NCBI GenBank assembly: GCA_951406725.2
Contig: OX597840.1
Location: forward strand, 5,084,001 to 5,148,000
Reading direction: 5' to 3'
DNA: 64,000 nucleotides
Source of the DNA: Octopus vulgaris
Taxonomy: Eukaryota
The translations under genes and the position numbers were made by a program. The notes under the pieces are model-generated. The model did not search any database. It worked only from the letters and a program-made list of their open reading frames with translations, and was not told the origin of the DNA. Position 1 is the first letter of the stretch, and the number at the start of each line of letters is the position of its first letter. This document shows positions 27,312-42,329 of the stretch, piece after piece.

Positions 27312-27880
27312 GTGGAGGCGTAATGGCCCAGAGGTTAGGGCAGCGGTCTCGCGGTCGGAAGATCGCGGTTTTGATTCCCAGACCGGGCGTTGTGTGTGTT
27401 TATTGAGCGAAAACACCTAAAACTCCATGAGGCTCCGGCAGGGGTTGGTGGCGACCCCTGTTGTACTCTTTCGCTCCAACATCAAGGGGAGGCGCAATGG
27501 TCCAATGGTTAGGGCAGTGGACTCGCGGTCGGAGGATTGTGGTTTCAGTTCCCAGACTGGGCGCTGTGTGTGTTTATTGAGCGAAAACACCTAAAGCTCC
27601 ATGAGGCTCCAGCAGGGGATGGTGGGGGCCCCTGTTGTACTCTTTCGCTCCAACTTTCTCTCACTCTTTCTTCCTGTTTCTTGTCCGCGACTTCCTACGC
27701 AACCGCTGAGCCTGGATGCGCATTCATCCATCTGTCGATGCTCTCGGTGTCGGGGGGGTTGACCTGCTCTCTCTTCTGCGGGTCTTACGAATAGCAAAGG
27801 ATCACGTTTCGGACTTCTCCCATTACAGAGGCGTGATCTTGCGAGCTCTGGGACGAAGACTGCTTCACTCAACAAACAAA
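27312..27880 (+). mobile_element. Two SINE C copies in tandem
   Basis: 27312-27480 and 27487-27880. Confidence 0.75.
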
Positions 27881-28019
27881 GAAATAGCAGCAACAACATC
27901 AGTAAAACAGCTGTTTGTACAGGGGTGATTGATTTGCTAGAAACAGTAGATATGCAACCACATGGCCTTAGGTTCAGTCCCACTGTGAACTACCTTAGAG
28001 CAAACGTTTTCTATTCTAC

Positions 28020-28419
28020 ATGGCTGTGTGGTAAGTAGCTTGCTAACCAACCACATGGTTCCAGGTTCAGTCCCACTGCATGGCATTTTGGGCAAGTGTC
28101 TTCTGCTATAGCCCCGGGCCGACCAATGCCTTGTGAGTGGATTTGGTAGACGGAAACTGAAAGAAGCCTGTCGTATATATGTATATATATATGTGTGTGT
28201 ATGTGTTTGTGTGTCTGTTTGTCCCCCTAGCATTGCTTGACAACCGATGCTGGTGTGTTTACATACCCGTCACTTAACGGTTCGGCAAAAAGAGACCGAT
28301 AGAATAAAAACTGGGCTTACAAAGAATAAGTCCTGGGGTCGAGTTGCTCGACTAAAAAGGCGGTGCTCCATCATGGCCGCAGTCAAATGACTGAAACAAG
28401 TAAAAGAGTAAAAGAGAGT
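28020..28419 (+). mobile_element. SINE A
   Basis: Full copy. Confidence 0.85.
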
Positions 28420-28429
28420 ATCCCCAAGT

Positions 28430-29739
28430 TGACCAGAGTTTTAGCTCTAATATGAACATTTCAGAGTACCTGGGTGTCAGTCTGAGGACAGTACTGAGGA
28501 TTCAGAAAGAGTTAGATGAGTGTATTGGGGATTAGAAAGGTATGGCAGCTTGGAAAACCTCACTCTGATTGTTCTGATAAGCAAAGAATTCCTGAATTTG
28601 TCCGTGAGATCCAGGCCAGGGACATGGAAGTGTCTGAGTTACTTCTCAAGCAGGTAGTGCATAGAGACATTCAGTATTCCATATACAAGATGAGAAAGGG
28701 CCAATTATTATCCCAAGCCATCAGGGACAAGAGGAAGGCTGTACTACAAAACTTTTGCACAAACGTCGTATATATGTATAAATATAAATGTATGTATATG
28801 TGTGTGTATGTTTGTGTGTGTGTGTTTGTCTCCCTAGCATTGCTTGACAACCGATGCTGGTGTGTTTATGTCCCCATCACTTAGTGGTTCGGCAAAAGAG
28901 ACCGATAGAATAAGCACTGGGCTTACAAAGAATAAGTCCTGGGGTCGAGTTGTTCGACTAAAGGCGGTGCTCCAGCATGGCCACAGTCAAATGACTGAAA
29001 CAAGTAAAAGAGAGAGTAAAGAGTAAACTCAAGGTACCCCCCCCCCCAACTGAACATGTTTTGGTTTTTCTCAGACGAGAAAAGTTTCTGACAGGATCAG
29101 AGGGTGAACACCCAGAAGAACCGTTGGCTTGCTGTGTCCCCAAAACATGTACCGAGAGTGATAAAAATCAAACATCCAGTCAACATCATGGTGTTTGGGG
29201 CTATCTCTTGTGATGGTGAAGTTATTCCTCATTCATCTTCCCACAGAGCCTCAGACTCAATATGAAGAACTACATCAAATGTCTGGAGGAGGTATTGCTG
29301 CTCTGGGTTAAAAGGGTGACTACTGGAAGACCCTATGTCTGACAACAGGACTCTGTACCATGCCATACAAGTAGGAAAACCCAGTCATGGCTGACAGATA
29401 ATTTCTGCAACCACATCACCCCTACCATCTGGCCACCTAACTCCCCAGACTGCAACCCCCTTGATTATTATGTGTGGGATGCAATTGAGTGAGAGACCAA
29501 CAAAACTCCTTATAACACCAAAGATGAACTGAAGGCAAGGATTATGGCAGCATTCACCAACTTAAAGAAAGAGACCATCCAGAAGAGTTGTAGGAGATTC
29601 CAAAGTTGTCTGGAGGCCATGGTTGAAGGCAATGGCAGTTTTATTGAATTAGATATTTTGGTAAATATATCTGTTAAAATGAGATGTCAGTGTTATTTTT
29701 ACTTTTGCGTAATTCAGATAATTTATTCACTGCACCCTG

Positions 29740-29741
<2 letters not shown>
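28430..29741 (+). mobile_element. Decayed Tc1/mariner DD37D (maT) transposon, interrupted by a SINE A fragment at 28765-29025
   Basis: IMVFGAIS; QQD-x37-D (WPPNSPDCNPLD); stops and frameshifts; terminus caccctg followed by TA. Confidence 0.8.
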
Positions 29742-29807
<66 letters not shown>

Positions 29808-29934
29808 TGAATGCACACACGTGCGTTTGTGCGTATATATGCTCATGATGTTTTTGCAAGACAAAAACTGTGAGTGATGGATAGATAGATATATATCAGT
29901 GAGTGAGAGAGAGAGAGAAACAGAGAGACATAAC

Positions 29935-29993
<59 letters not shown>

Positions 29994-30140
29994 AAAAGAA
30001 TATATAGATTTCTGATTTTATTATTCCTTGGTGAATTCATTATTATTCTCGTCATGGCTCCTTTAGCAGACATAAAGTGATTATCACACACACCATATAC
30101 ATACATATATACATATAGATAAATAGATATACATATATGA

Positions 30141-30175
<35 letters not shown>

Positions 30176-31213
30176 ATGAAAGAAGGAGTGAGAGGTTATG
30201 TGATACTTTGACCTGTGTAGTAGGGCAGTGAACCTTGACATTGACTTATGATACACACACATGCACACACACACACACACATACGTTTATGAATGAGTAT
30301 ATGTGTGCTTGTGTGGTTTGTCTGTTTATAAGATGTCCGTGGTAGTGTACAGAATAATATATTAGCAAATTAATAAAATGTTACTGTCACAACAACAACA
30401 ACAACAAAAATGAAAGATTATTACTTATGTTGTTCAGTAATATTATTAATAAAAGATCGCTGTCAAAAGTAAAATAACTTAAATTAAAATACTGTTTATT
30501 ATTTGAACCTAGTACTTTCATCCACCTTGGGACTTGTCAAGATTGAATGTATATAATGTTATTGCCAAGTAACATTATTACATGCGTCTCTCTATGCAGA
30601 GCACTTATTTGTCTAGACTCAGATGAAAATTTCTTCATGAAATATTTTCCCATTTCTCTCCAGTATTGTGGATCATGTCTTGTATATTTACAAAGAGAAA
30701 ATTTCTTGAAGTTGCTATTATACCCTTAAAATTTCTAAATGTTTATTTTGTGAGATTCTCCTTATTTCTGGTTGTCATATGTGCTGTTTGTGTATTCTGA
30801 CTCATTCGCATAAGACATTTACAGTCTGACTGATGTAATTTACTTTACAGTTAAGACAGGTTATGCAATATATCAAATTTTCTGTCTTTTAGTTCATGTC
30901 AGCTTTTATTCTTAAAGTCTACCTGGTTTTTAGTTTCATCTTAGAATTTATTATACAGAAATAAATTCTAAGATGAATTCAAGGAAAATAGAAAATGGAG
31001 ATACAATTGATGAATAACAAATAGTTTTGGTTTCAGTTTCACTGATTGGTACCTTGCTCACTATAGAGCCAAGATGACTAAAACTTTGCAAAGGGGTGTG
31101 GTAGAAGGAAACTAACACTAAAGGAAACGAGCACTGAAAGTTACAATGTTTCATATATGAATACATCTATGTAAGCAATTTAGTTGAAAAAAGAAAAATA
31201 GGTAATGGATGTA

Positions 31214-31252
31214 TATACATATTTTAGGAGTTATTGCTCCTTCGTCAGTTCC
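31214..31252 (-). ncRNA. Decayed hammerhead ribozyme
   Basis: Minus strand: CTGACGA-AGGAG-caataa-CTCCT-AAAA, with GAAA mutated. Confidence 0.35.
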
Positions 31253-31530
31253 TCCTTGCTCCTATATATAAATACATATAAGTAGGTGAGTTAAGTTAGT
31301 AGTTATAACAACCGTCTAAGGGATGCTTGTATCCAATGAATCCACTGGTGTATTACTTATATTTAATCATAAGCATTGGTATTAATGCTCATAAATGATA
31401 GGCAAGGACAAGAATAAACTAAAGTTTATCAGTATTCAAGGAAAATAGAAAATGGAGATACAATTGATGAATAACAATTGATTTACATCAATTATATTTT
31501 ATTAATTAATTACAAAAAGACAGAATCTTA

Positions 31531-31596
31531 ACTTACAGCTGTTTCCGTTAGCATGATTCTCAGTTACCAAATTGAATCACAGAACTTCATCAGAGT
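31531..31596 (-). ncRNA. Type I hammerhead ribozyme (Penelope pLTR type), canonical core
   Basis: Minus strand: ACT-CTGATGA-AGTTCTGTGATTC...GAATCATGCTAACG-GAAA-CAGCTG-TA-AGT. Helix I is ACT/AGT, helix III is palindromic, and the cleavage triplet is GUA. It lies next to a Penelope-like element. Confidence 0.6.
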
Positions 31597-31656
31597 GGAA
31601 AAGTAAATCAAAATAAAAGTAAAAAGAAAAAGAAGAAAGTGAGAACTGCTTTCTTG

Positions 31657-31716
<60 letters not shown>

Positions 31717-31789
31717 ATGTGTGTGTAACAATTGGTGGACAGGTGTCAATTCATTTTAGCCATTTCTAACGAATTTTTTAATTGATCAA

Positions 31790-32915
31790 TGAGTACATAA
31801 TATCATTATAAAAAACCGTTTTCTTCAGATGAATACATGAATCTTACAATCAAGGACATTTAAAGTAATTTAAAATCGATGGTACATATGTCTTTAGTGA
31901 TTCTATGACTGGCTCGTACTGCTAATGAAAATGTGGATTTAGTATTCTCTAACAAAATCTCAAATTCTTTTAATATAAAATCGGTTAAAAGATGTAAAAA
32001 TAAAAATAAAACTAACACTATCTTTAAAATGGATTGAAATCAGAGAATAAATACTCTTTCAAAAAACGGGTACAAACATCAAAATTAGGATCTTAACTTG
32101 AGAAATACTTTATGGTTAATTGTTCCATTTGCAAAACAGGTCAACTGCAATATTTCGAAATTGCTAAATAAAGCAATTCGAAAATATTTTCCAAGAAACC
32201 ACAGCTCTTACAAAATTTTTAATTGGCATAAGATTAGATTAGGTTATTGTCTTTGTTGTAATATTGCACAAATTATAGCAACACCTAACATTAAAATAAT
32301 ACTGAAATTTCAAAAAAGCAATTTCAATCAGAATAGCATAATAAATTCGAAGCATAATAACAAAAAATAGGATAAAGAAACTCAAATAGAAGGGAATGTT
32401 GAGATATTAAATGTTGTGGAAAGGGAGACAACCCAATTTAACATAAATAATAACATCAAATTGAATAAAAGTTCAGTTAGAAATAGAACAATGATAATGT
32501 TATCTAAAGGAGTATATAGTAATAGAGAACTTGGTGGAAATGAATTTAATTCTACAATCAATGATCAAATTGAAACTAAATCTGGGGTAAATATAAAAGG
32601 CTATCTTTGCAATTGTTCTGTGGAAAATAAGTGCAAAACTAAAAATGTTATGTATAGATGTATAGTTACACCTGAAGGTAAGGAATTCTTTTACATTGGT
32701 GGGACATCATTAATTTTCAAGAGGAGACTGGCAAATCATTTGAGTTTATTGAAGGACAAAAATAAAAGATTTCAAAAGTGTCTTAGCAAATTAATCTGGT
32801 CTTTTAAGGACAGTAACAAGGACTATGATTCAAAGGGAGATAATTTACAGACCTGGAACCAATAGATGTGACCTATGTGTAGAAGAATTTTACAGGATTT
32901 TCACATCCAAGGCTA
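31790..32915 (+). mobile_element. Decayed Penelope-like element (Naiad-type): RT thumb and GIY-YIG endonuclease
   Basis: RNTLWLIVPFAKQVNCNISK...FP...KIFN (thumb); CNC..C..NVMY...YIGGT..FKRRLANH...LSKLIW (GIY-YIG); frameshifted RCDLCVEE at the C-terminus; contains stops. Confidence 0.75.
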
Positions 32916-32959
32916 ATGGATGTGAAGTTTTGCTCAGAAATCGTTTCTACTTTGTGATA

Positions 32960-33600
32960 TGATCTACTCTAAGCATCCCATCAAAAGGTTTACGTAGAAG
33001 GGTGCCACTCTTGTACCCATGGTTGCTCTCTTATTGGTTCACTTCTTTTGGGTATTTTTCAGTGAAGTTAAAGATATTAAGGCTATCACTGTGACAATGA
33101 ATTCTGTTTTGAAACATATTTGTCTTACCTCTTTGGTTCTCAACCCAATAGCTGACTGCTGTTTGGCCTAACATAAATGGTATATTGACATAAAAACTAT
33201 CCTCAAAGATAACAAGCTATATGTAAAAAAATATGGATTTTTTTCAATATAGTCCATCAACTGTTACTCTAAGAATCCTTTCACTAAGTCAGCATAGAAA
33301 GATGTGACTCTTGTATCCAAGGCTACCCTATTTATCTGGCTGTATATTTTTCCATCAAAGTTAAAGATGTTTTCTTTTGATATTAAGTGTAGATTTGTAA
33401 CAATGATTTCCATTTTGAAACACTAATTTATCTTGTTTTTGTGGTTTTCTACCCATTATCTGACCGTTTCCTGGCCTAACAGAAATGGTACATTGATAAA
33501 AAAAAAAACTATGTCCAAAGATATCAAGTTATATGTGAAGAAATATGGATTTCCTTAAACACATTCCATCAACTGTCCCAGAAGGCACCACTTTAACAAG
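32960..33600 (-). mobile_element. Penelope-like RT fragments, tandemly duplicated (~310 bp unit)
   Basis: Minus strand gives LISLDIV..NVP, ENIFNFDGK and ATMGTRVAPFYVNLLMGCLE (cf. GTAMGTKxAPxYANLFMG). Confidence 0.65.
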
Positions 33601-34029
33601 TTCCAAGAAATCTAAAAGTGCTAAATCCAAGCAACGAACAGTGTTCTATTTTAAGTTGTTCTATTTTAGCATATCATATTTTACCAAAAGTAATCTTTTA
33701 TTAATAAAACTGACTTTCATTTCATCTGAGAATAATATTTTATTAATGCATGTGTGAGGAATATCAGATGGAAGCAACATATGGCAGATTTTACTGTTTT
33801 CCAGTCTTTCAGATGAAGATATAGGAAGATATTCTAATCACTACTGAAGAAATATGCATGGAATATTTTCAAAATATATCCTTGATAATATATACATGTT
33901 AATAGTAATAACTGATGAAGGATACGGAAGATAGATTTAGCACCAGTTTTTATTCAGTACAACGATCATTTCGACTCATCCTGTAATTGTTTGTTATATT
34001 TTGTCTTCTTGTATTGAGACAGCATTCAC

Positions 34030-34582
34030 CCAGGGTGGGTTGAGCTGACTTCATTCATCCTCAATGCTGCATCTCTCACAAACGCTGACTGGGCCTGGCG
34101 ATTTGAGGCTAATGACCGTGTGATCTCCAACCACTCCCTATTCCAGTGGCAAACGCCGTAGATATGGGGGCCTAGGTTGGGTTCCAGATCAGCCTTGACT
34201 GTCATCAGCCAGGTTTTTCATTGTCCACCACATCGCTTTCGCCAACCTTGAAGGGGAGCTGGGGCAATTGCTTCGTAGGTTGGGTTCCAGATCAGCCTTG
34301 ACTGTCATCAGCCAGGATTTTCGTTGTCCACCACATCACTTTCGCCAACCCTGAAGGGGAGCTGGGGCAATTGCTTTGTAGATGAATTCTCCTGGTTGAC
34401 GACAGAGGGCATGACCCAGCCAACGCAGACGTCTCGTTAGGATGACTTGTCGGAGAGAGGTAATTTTGCACTGGTGTCGCACCGAATTGTTGGAGACAAA
34501 GTGATGCCATCGGACACGAAGGATACGGCGTAGACAGAGGTGATCGCAGGATTCTAATTGCTTAATATCTTCCACCCTCAGG
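34030..34582 (-). mobile_element. RTE(-X) LINE 3' end with an internal ~100 bp duplication
   Basis: DHLCLRRILRVRW...RRLRWLGHALC; 34178-34276 is repeated at 34280-34378. Confidence 0.8.
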
Positions 34583-34721
34583 ATGTTATGCATCTAATTG
34601 TGTTGCATCAATCTGTGCAGTTTGTGTCGCATCTGATGCATGCACAAAGAAGGGGATATCCAGTTAGGTATACTAAGTTGTCCTAGGCATGTTGTTCTGG
34701 CCCTTTCTATTTTGGTTATAT

Positions 34722-35146
34722 ATATCAGGTCATTAAGGAAATGTCCAATTTTGAACTGAAAGTTTATTTTGCTTTATCTCAACTAAAAGCAATGCCGTTA
34801 ATCAAAGTATGCACCTAAATTATCAACACAATTTTGCCATTTTATCAGTAGCTTATTTATGCCAGCAATGAAGAATTCTGGAGAGCAAGAGGTGATGGAA
34901 TCACAAAAGGCTGTTTTTTGCATCTTCTTCAGATTTGAAGGTTTTTCCTTGCAAAAAGTCATCAAATGCCTAGAAAACGTGATAGTCAGTTGGTGCAAGG
35001 TCTGGAGAATATGGTGGATGATGGAGTACTTCCAAGTTGAGTTCCTGTAACCTGAGCAGTGTTCTTTGTGCAACATGTGGTCGAGCATTGTCTTGCAAGA
35101 GAATTGGCCTGTCTCTATTGACCAATCTCAGTTGTTTTAATCGCAA
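34722..35146 (-). mobile_element. Mariner (DD34D-type) transposase 3' fragment
   Basis: LQDNARPH, HPPYSPDLAPTDYH and GI.KL..KWQ.CV...G.YFD motifs. Confidence 0.8.
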
Positions 35147-35149
35147 CCT

Positions 35150-35740
35150 TAAAGGGTTTTAGTCAAAGAAATCAACACCAGAACTTATTCTTTGTAAGCC
35201 TAGTACTTATTCTATCAGTGTTTTTTGCCAAACTGCTAAGTTATGAGGACATAAACACACCAGCATTGGTTGTCAAGTGATGGTAGGGGTGCAAACACAC
35301 ACACACACATCATCATTATATATATATATATATATGGCAGGTTTCTTTCAGTTTCTGTCTACCAAATCCACTCACTAGGGCTAGGGCGCTATAGTAGAAG
35401 ACACTTGTCCAAGGTACCATGCACTGGGACTGAACTCGGAACCATGTGGTTGGGAAATGAGCATCTTATCACACAGCCACACCTGTGCTAATCTCTTTTA
35501 CTCTTTACTCTTATACTTGTTTCAGTCATTTGACTGTGGCTATGCTGGAGCACCGCCTTTTAGTCAAGCAGATCGACCCCAGGACTTATTCTTTGTAAGC
35601 CTAGTACTTATTGTTTTGGTCTCTTTCGCCGAACCGCTAAGTTACAGAGATGTAAACACACCAGCATCGGTTGTCAAGCGATAGTGGGGGGGGGGGGACA
35701 AACAGAGACACACAAAAATACATGCACAAACATACACAAA
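35150..35740 (-). mobile_element. Two SINE A copies
   Basis: 35150-35488 and 35492-35740. Confidence 0.8.
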
Positions 35741-35867
35741 TTACTTCTTTTATTGACCCCCGAGAGGATGATAGGGAAAAATCAAACCTGGCAGAATTTG
35801 AACTCAGAACATAATGACACTAGCCCGGTGTGCTAACGATGCTGCCAGCTCTCCACCTTAACAAGAA

Positions 35868-37950
<2,083 letters not shown>

Positions 37951-38144
37951 CTTTACTCCCAAAGCCATTACATCTCGCTCCTTTCACACGCGCACACACC
38001 CACAAGCTGCACACAGCGATGCAATGCAATGCACTAAAATGCACTTTCATGTGTTGCTGAATTACACACTGCACCAGATACACTTGATATTGGCGCACTA
38101 GACAAACGCTTTTTAGAGACAACTAGCATGCTTACATATATGCA

Positions 38145-38188
<44 letters not shown>

Positions 38189-38191
<3 letters not shown>

Positions 38192-38566
38192 TGGCTGTGT
38201 GGTAAGTAGCTTGCTAACAAACCACATGGCTGCGGGTTCAGTCCCTCTGCGTGGCATCTTGGGCAAGTGTCTTCTGCTATAGCCCCGGGCCGACCAAAGC
38301 CTTGAGAGTGGATTTGGTCGACAGAAACTGAAAGAAGCCCGTCGTATATATGTATATATATATATGTGTGTGTGTGTTTGTCCCCCTAGCATTGCTTGAC
38401 AACCAATGCTGGTGTGTTTACGTCCCCGTCACTTAGCGGTTCAGCAAAAGAGACCGATAGAATAAGTACTGGGCTTATAAAGAATAAGTCCCGGGGTCGA
38501 TTTGCTCGACTAAAGGCGGTGCTTCAGCATGGCCGCAGTCAAATGACTGAAACAAGTAAAAGAGTA
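38189..38566 (+). mobile_element. SINE A
   Basis: Full copy after (TA)n. Confidence 0.85.
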
Positions 38567-38752
38567 TATTTATATAATTCCAAGAAAATTAGAGGTTGTG
38601 AATCCAACCAACTAAGGGATAATATCTATCCAATCTACTGCTGGTAGAATACCCAATTATTAATACACAAGTGTTTTCTTTATTGCATTGCAATCACATT
38701 ACCTAGTGTACTAAATGGGTGAAGGTAAAGAGATATTTTACCATTAATTTAT

Positions 38753-39166
38753 AGAGCAATCAGAAAATGGAGGAGATCAATAGGTGATTCATCAACTTTT
38801 AGACATTATATTATGTTAACTTATTTATTTATTTACTAAACTGACAATTACAAGAATATACATACATGTATAACATATTATGCTTTACATATAAAATATA
38901 TTAACATATAAAGATACCAGTAATTATTAAAATATAACATACAGGAATATAAAGGAATATAAATTGGGAAATTCCTGTATGTTATATTTTAATAATTACT
39001 GGTATCTTTATATGTTAATATATTTTATATGTAAAGCATAATATGTTATACATGTATGTATATTCTTGCAATTGTCAGTTTAGTAAATAAATAAATAAGT
39101 TAACATAATATAATGTCTAAAAGTTGATGAACCACCAATTGATCCCCTCCATTTTCTGATTGCTCT
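38753..39166. repeat. Long near-perfect inverted repeat (22 nt loop)
   Basis: Arms 38753-38948 and 38971-39166, with four mismatches. Confidence 0.9.
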
Positions 39167-39849
39167 CTATATTTATATAAATATCAATTTAAAATACATT
39201 ATGAAAGATCCACTAACAGTTTCATGTTTTTATGATACTTTAACTAGGCACTTTTATAAAATATCTCATGTATCTTCAAGCAATTTTCAGGCTCTGTGTA
39301 TGTGTTAGATATATTTTGAAAACAATGATGCATGAAACTGTTGGTAGCTCTCTTCTGTTTGTGTATTAAATTGATATTATCTCTCACCGGATGAGTACTT
39401 TTTTTGTTGATTCTATCTATATTGGATTTAATAACTAATAAATCAGTAAATAGCTGCTTATAAGGTGGAATCCTTTGGGACATAAATACCTGTTTAATAC
39501 TATTAAGATCTTTATCAAATTGATCATTACATTTATTTTTCTTATCGAATTAATATGCATGCCACCTCATGCGATAATTAAGTGAATTAGTCTTATCAAT
39601 TAGAACATAAAGAAAGTTAGGAGGTAGGAGATGAGTGTATATATTTCACCCATTGATATCCATAAATTGCAGAGTTGAAGAATGGATGTAACCATGACAT
39701 TGTGTGGATCTGATGAGCTAGCCTTCTATACGTATATTAGCTTGTAATATGTACATTTGTACACTAGTGCAGACATAATTGTAATCTTATGGATATCAAT
39801 TGGTGAAATAAATATATTCATCTCCTAGTTTCTGGTGTTTTATGTTATA

Positions 39850-40655
39850 CTAGCAGTATTGTGCGCTCGTGCGTTCTATGCACGCGCGAATTAAGCTAAA
39901 CTTGGATGAAGTTCAATCAAAATTCAATTATTTTGGTTTTAAAATCAAGCATTTAATGCCCTCTATTTTTGCGCTTATGTGTTCCATTTCTTCAATAGGA
40001 AGTACGTAGAAGCATTTCATAATTTTTGTTGATCAAAAAATTGCATTGTTGAATTATTCTTTTAGATCAGTATTTCTCAACGGGGATTTCAGGGGAGAGT
40101 TTCAGGGAGTCGCTGGTGATGTATCGTGATCATCAAAAATCCGGCCTGCTAAAATTTGGTTAAAGTGATTCAAACTGCAGACTCAACGCAAAATGGTCAC
40201 ATTTAATTCAAAGCGTTAAAAATGTTATGAAAACAATTGGTATGTGTTCACAAAGTCCAAACGATTAATACGAAAATATCCTCCATGCTACATCCCCAAA
40301 ATTCATTTCTTTGCTGAATTTCTACAATGTTTACGGCGATTCGTTTTTATATCTTGATTTTTTATTTTTCATGCAATTTATGCATGCATGCTTGCACGCG
40401 TGGTGAACACAGTTCACGTCAAACAGCTGACTGAGTAAAGTTCACTATTCAATGCATGGGATAGGGCCTAAACAAACACATTATCGATTTTTGCACTTGC
40501 GAGATGAATTTCGGGACAGAAATAGCGCAGTTCAATTTTCATTCGCCTAAACTTTAAGTGACCCATTTTTGGTGGTTCTATTATTTGTTGGCTAGGAGGA
40601 GATGTGCCGGGAAGTTAAACACACAGACACAAAAGTTGAGTTTTATATATATGGA
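39850..40655 (-). mobile_element. Non-autonomous Helitron
   Basis: ATACTGCTAG end with a GCGTGCA..ACGCACG hairpin; TC..TATATAAAACT start. Confidence 0.6.
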
Positions 40656-41244
40656 TTATGTTATTCTCTCTTTCTCTCTCTCTCTTTCCCTCTCTCTTTC
40701 TTACACACACACACACACATGTATAATGATGTTGATGGTGATGGTAGCAGTGATGGTGATGGTGATAATGATGATAATATAAAAGTACATAGTTATTTTT
40801 CAAATTCTATGTTACTGTTTCATACTATAATCATTGCAAAATCAAATATATTCCTGTTTGTGAAGGTGAAATTCCACAGACTCTGTAGTTTTTTTTCTCT
40901 CTCTCTACCCTCCCCTTGCTCTCTCTCTTTTTTTTCTACCAAAATTTTGCTCCATTTTAGTTTCCAGACAGAAAAACCTAAATTATTTTATACCCAGAAG
41001 CACAGCAACAGACATTGTTCGAAGAAAGATTTTGATTAGGAAACTAATTCAATGAGAAATAATTAAGTAAATCAGTATATTATTTTGATAAAAAGGGGGA
41101 AAAAAATCGAATCAAATTTTAGTTTCGGTTCTATGCTTATGTTTTTTTTATCTATTATATTTTACTTGTTTTAGTCATTTGGCTGTGGCCCTGTTGGGGA
41201 ACCAGGTTGAAGAATTTTAATTGAAGGAATTGATTCCCAGTATT

Positions 41245-41645
41245 ACTCTTTTACTCTTTTAGTTGTTTCAGTCATTTGACTGTGGCCATGCTGGAGCACC
41301 GCCTTTTAGTCGAGCAACTTGACCCCGGGACTTATTCTTTTTGTAAGCCCAGTACTTATTCTATCGGTCTCTTTTTGCCGAACCGCTAAGTGACGGGGAC
41401 GTAAACACACCAGCATCGGTTGTCAAGCAATGCTAGGGGGACAAACATATACACACACATACATATATATACATATATACGACAGGCTTCTTTCAGTTTC
41501 CGTCTACCAAATCCACTCACAAGGCATTGGTCGGCCCGGGGCTATAGCAGAAGACACTTGCGCAAGGTGCCACGCAGTGGGACTGAACCCGGAATCATGT
41601 GGTTGGTAAGCAAGTTACTTACCACACAGCCACTCCTGCGCCTAT
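41245..41645 (-). mobile_element. SINE A flanked by a ~112 bp direct duplication
   Basis: 41131-41242 matches 41642-41752. Confidence 0.85.
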
Positions 41646-41796
41646 GCTTATATTTTTTTATTTATTATATTTTACTTGCTTTAGTCATTTGGCTGTGGCC
41701 CTGTTGGGGAACCAGGTTGAAGAATTTTAATTGAAGGAATTGATTCCCAGTAATTGTTTAGATTTTGAGTTTGAAGCAGGTCTGTAATGTAAACAT

Positions 41797-42322
41797 AGGC
41801 ACAAGTGTGTGGTAAAAAGCTTCCTTCTCAACCACATGATTCAGGGTTCAGTCCCACTGTGTGGTACCTTGGGCAGATGTCTTCTAATAGAGCCTTAGGA
41901 TGACCAAAGCCTTGTGAGTGGATATGATAGACAAAGCACTAAGAGCAGCATCTGAGTATGATCATTGCCAGAGCAGCTGACTGGCTTCTGTGCTGGTGGT
42001 ACATGAAAAAACATTTGAGTAAGGTCGTTGCCAGTGCCACTGGACTGGCTCCTGTGCAGGTGGCATGTAAAAAGCACCATTTAAGCATGACCGTTGCCAG
42101 TACTGTCTGACTGGCCCTCGTGCAGGTGGCACGTAAAAAGCACCCACTACACTCTCAGAGTGGTAGGCATTAGGAAGGGCATCCAGCTGTAGAAACTCTG
42201 CCAGATCAAGACTGGAGCCTGGTGCAGCCATCTGGTTCGCCAGTCCTCAGTCAAATCGTCCAACCCATGCCAGCATGGAAAACGGACATTAAACGATGAT
42301 GATGATGATGATGATGATGATG
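41797..42322 (+). mobile_element. SINE E with a SINE A-type head
   Basis: A-like tRNA/CORE head runs into the E body and (GAT)n tail. Confidence 0.7.
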
Positions 42323-42329
42323 ATATATA

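Noticed and set aside
32600-32900. Possible selenocysteine recoding, as reported for some Naiad elements
   Set aside because: Cys positions use TGC/TGT, there is no in-frame TGA at those sites, and the copy is decayed.
40950-41070. Possible exon after ttttagtttccag
   Set aside because: Stops in all frames before a weak donor; no homology.
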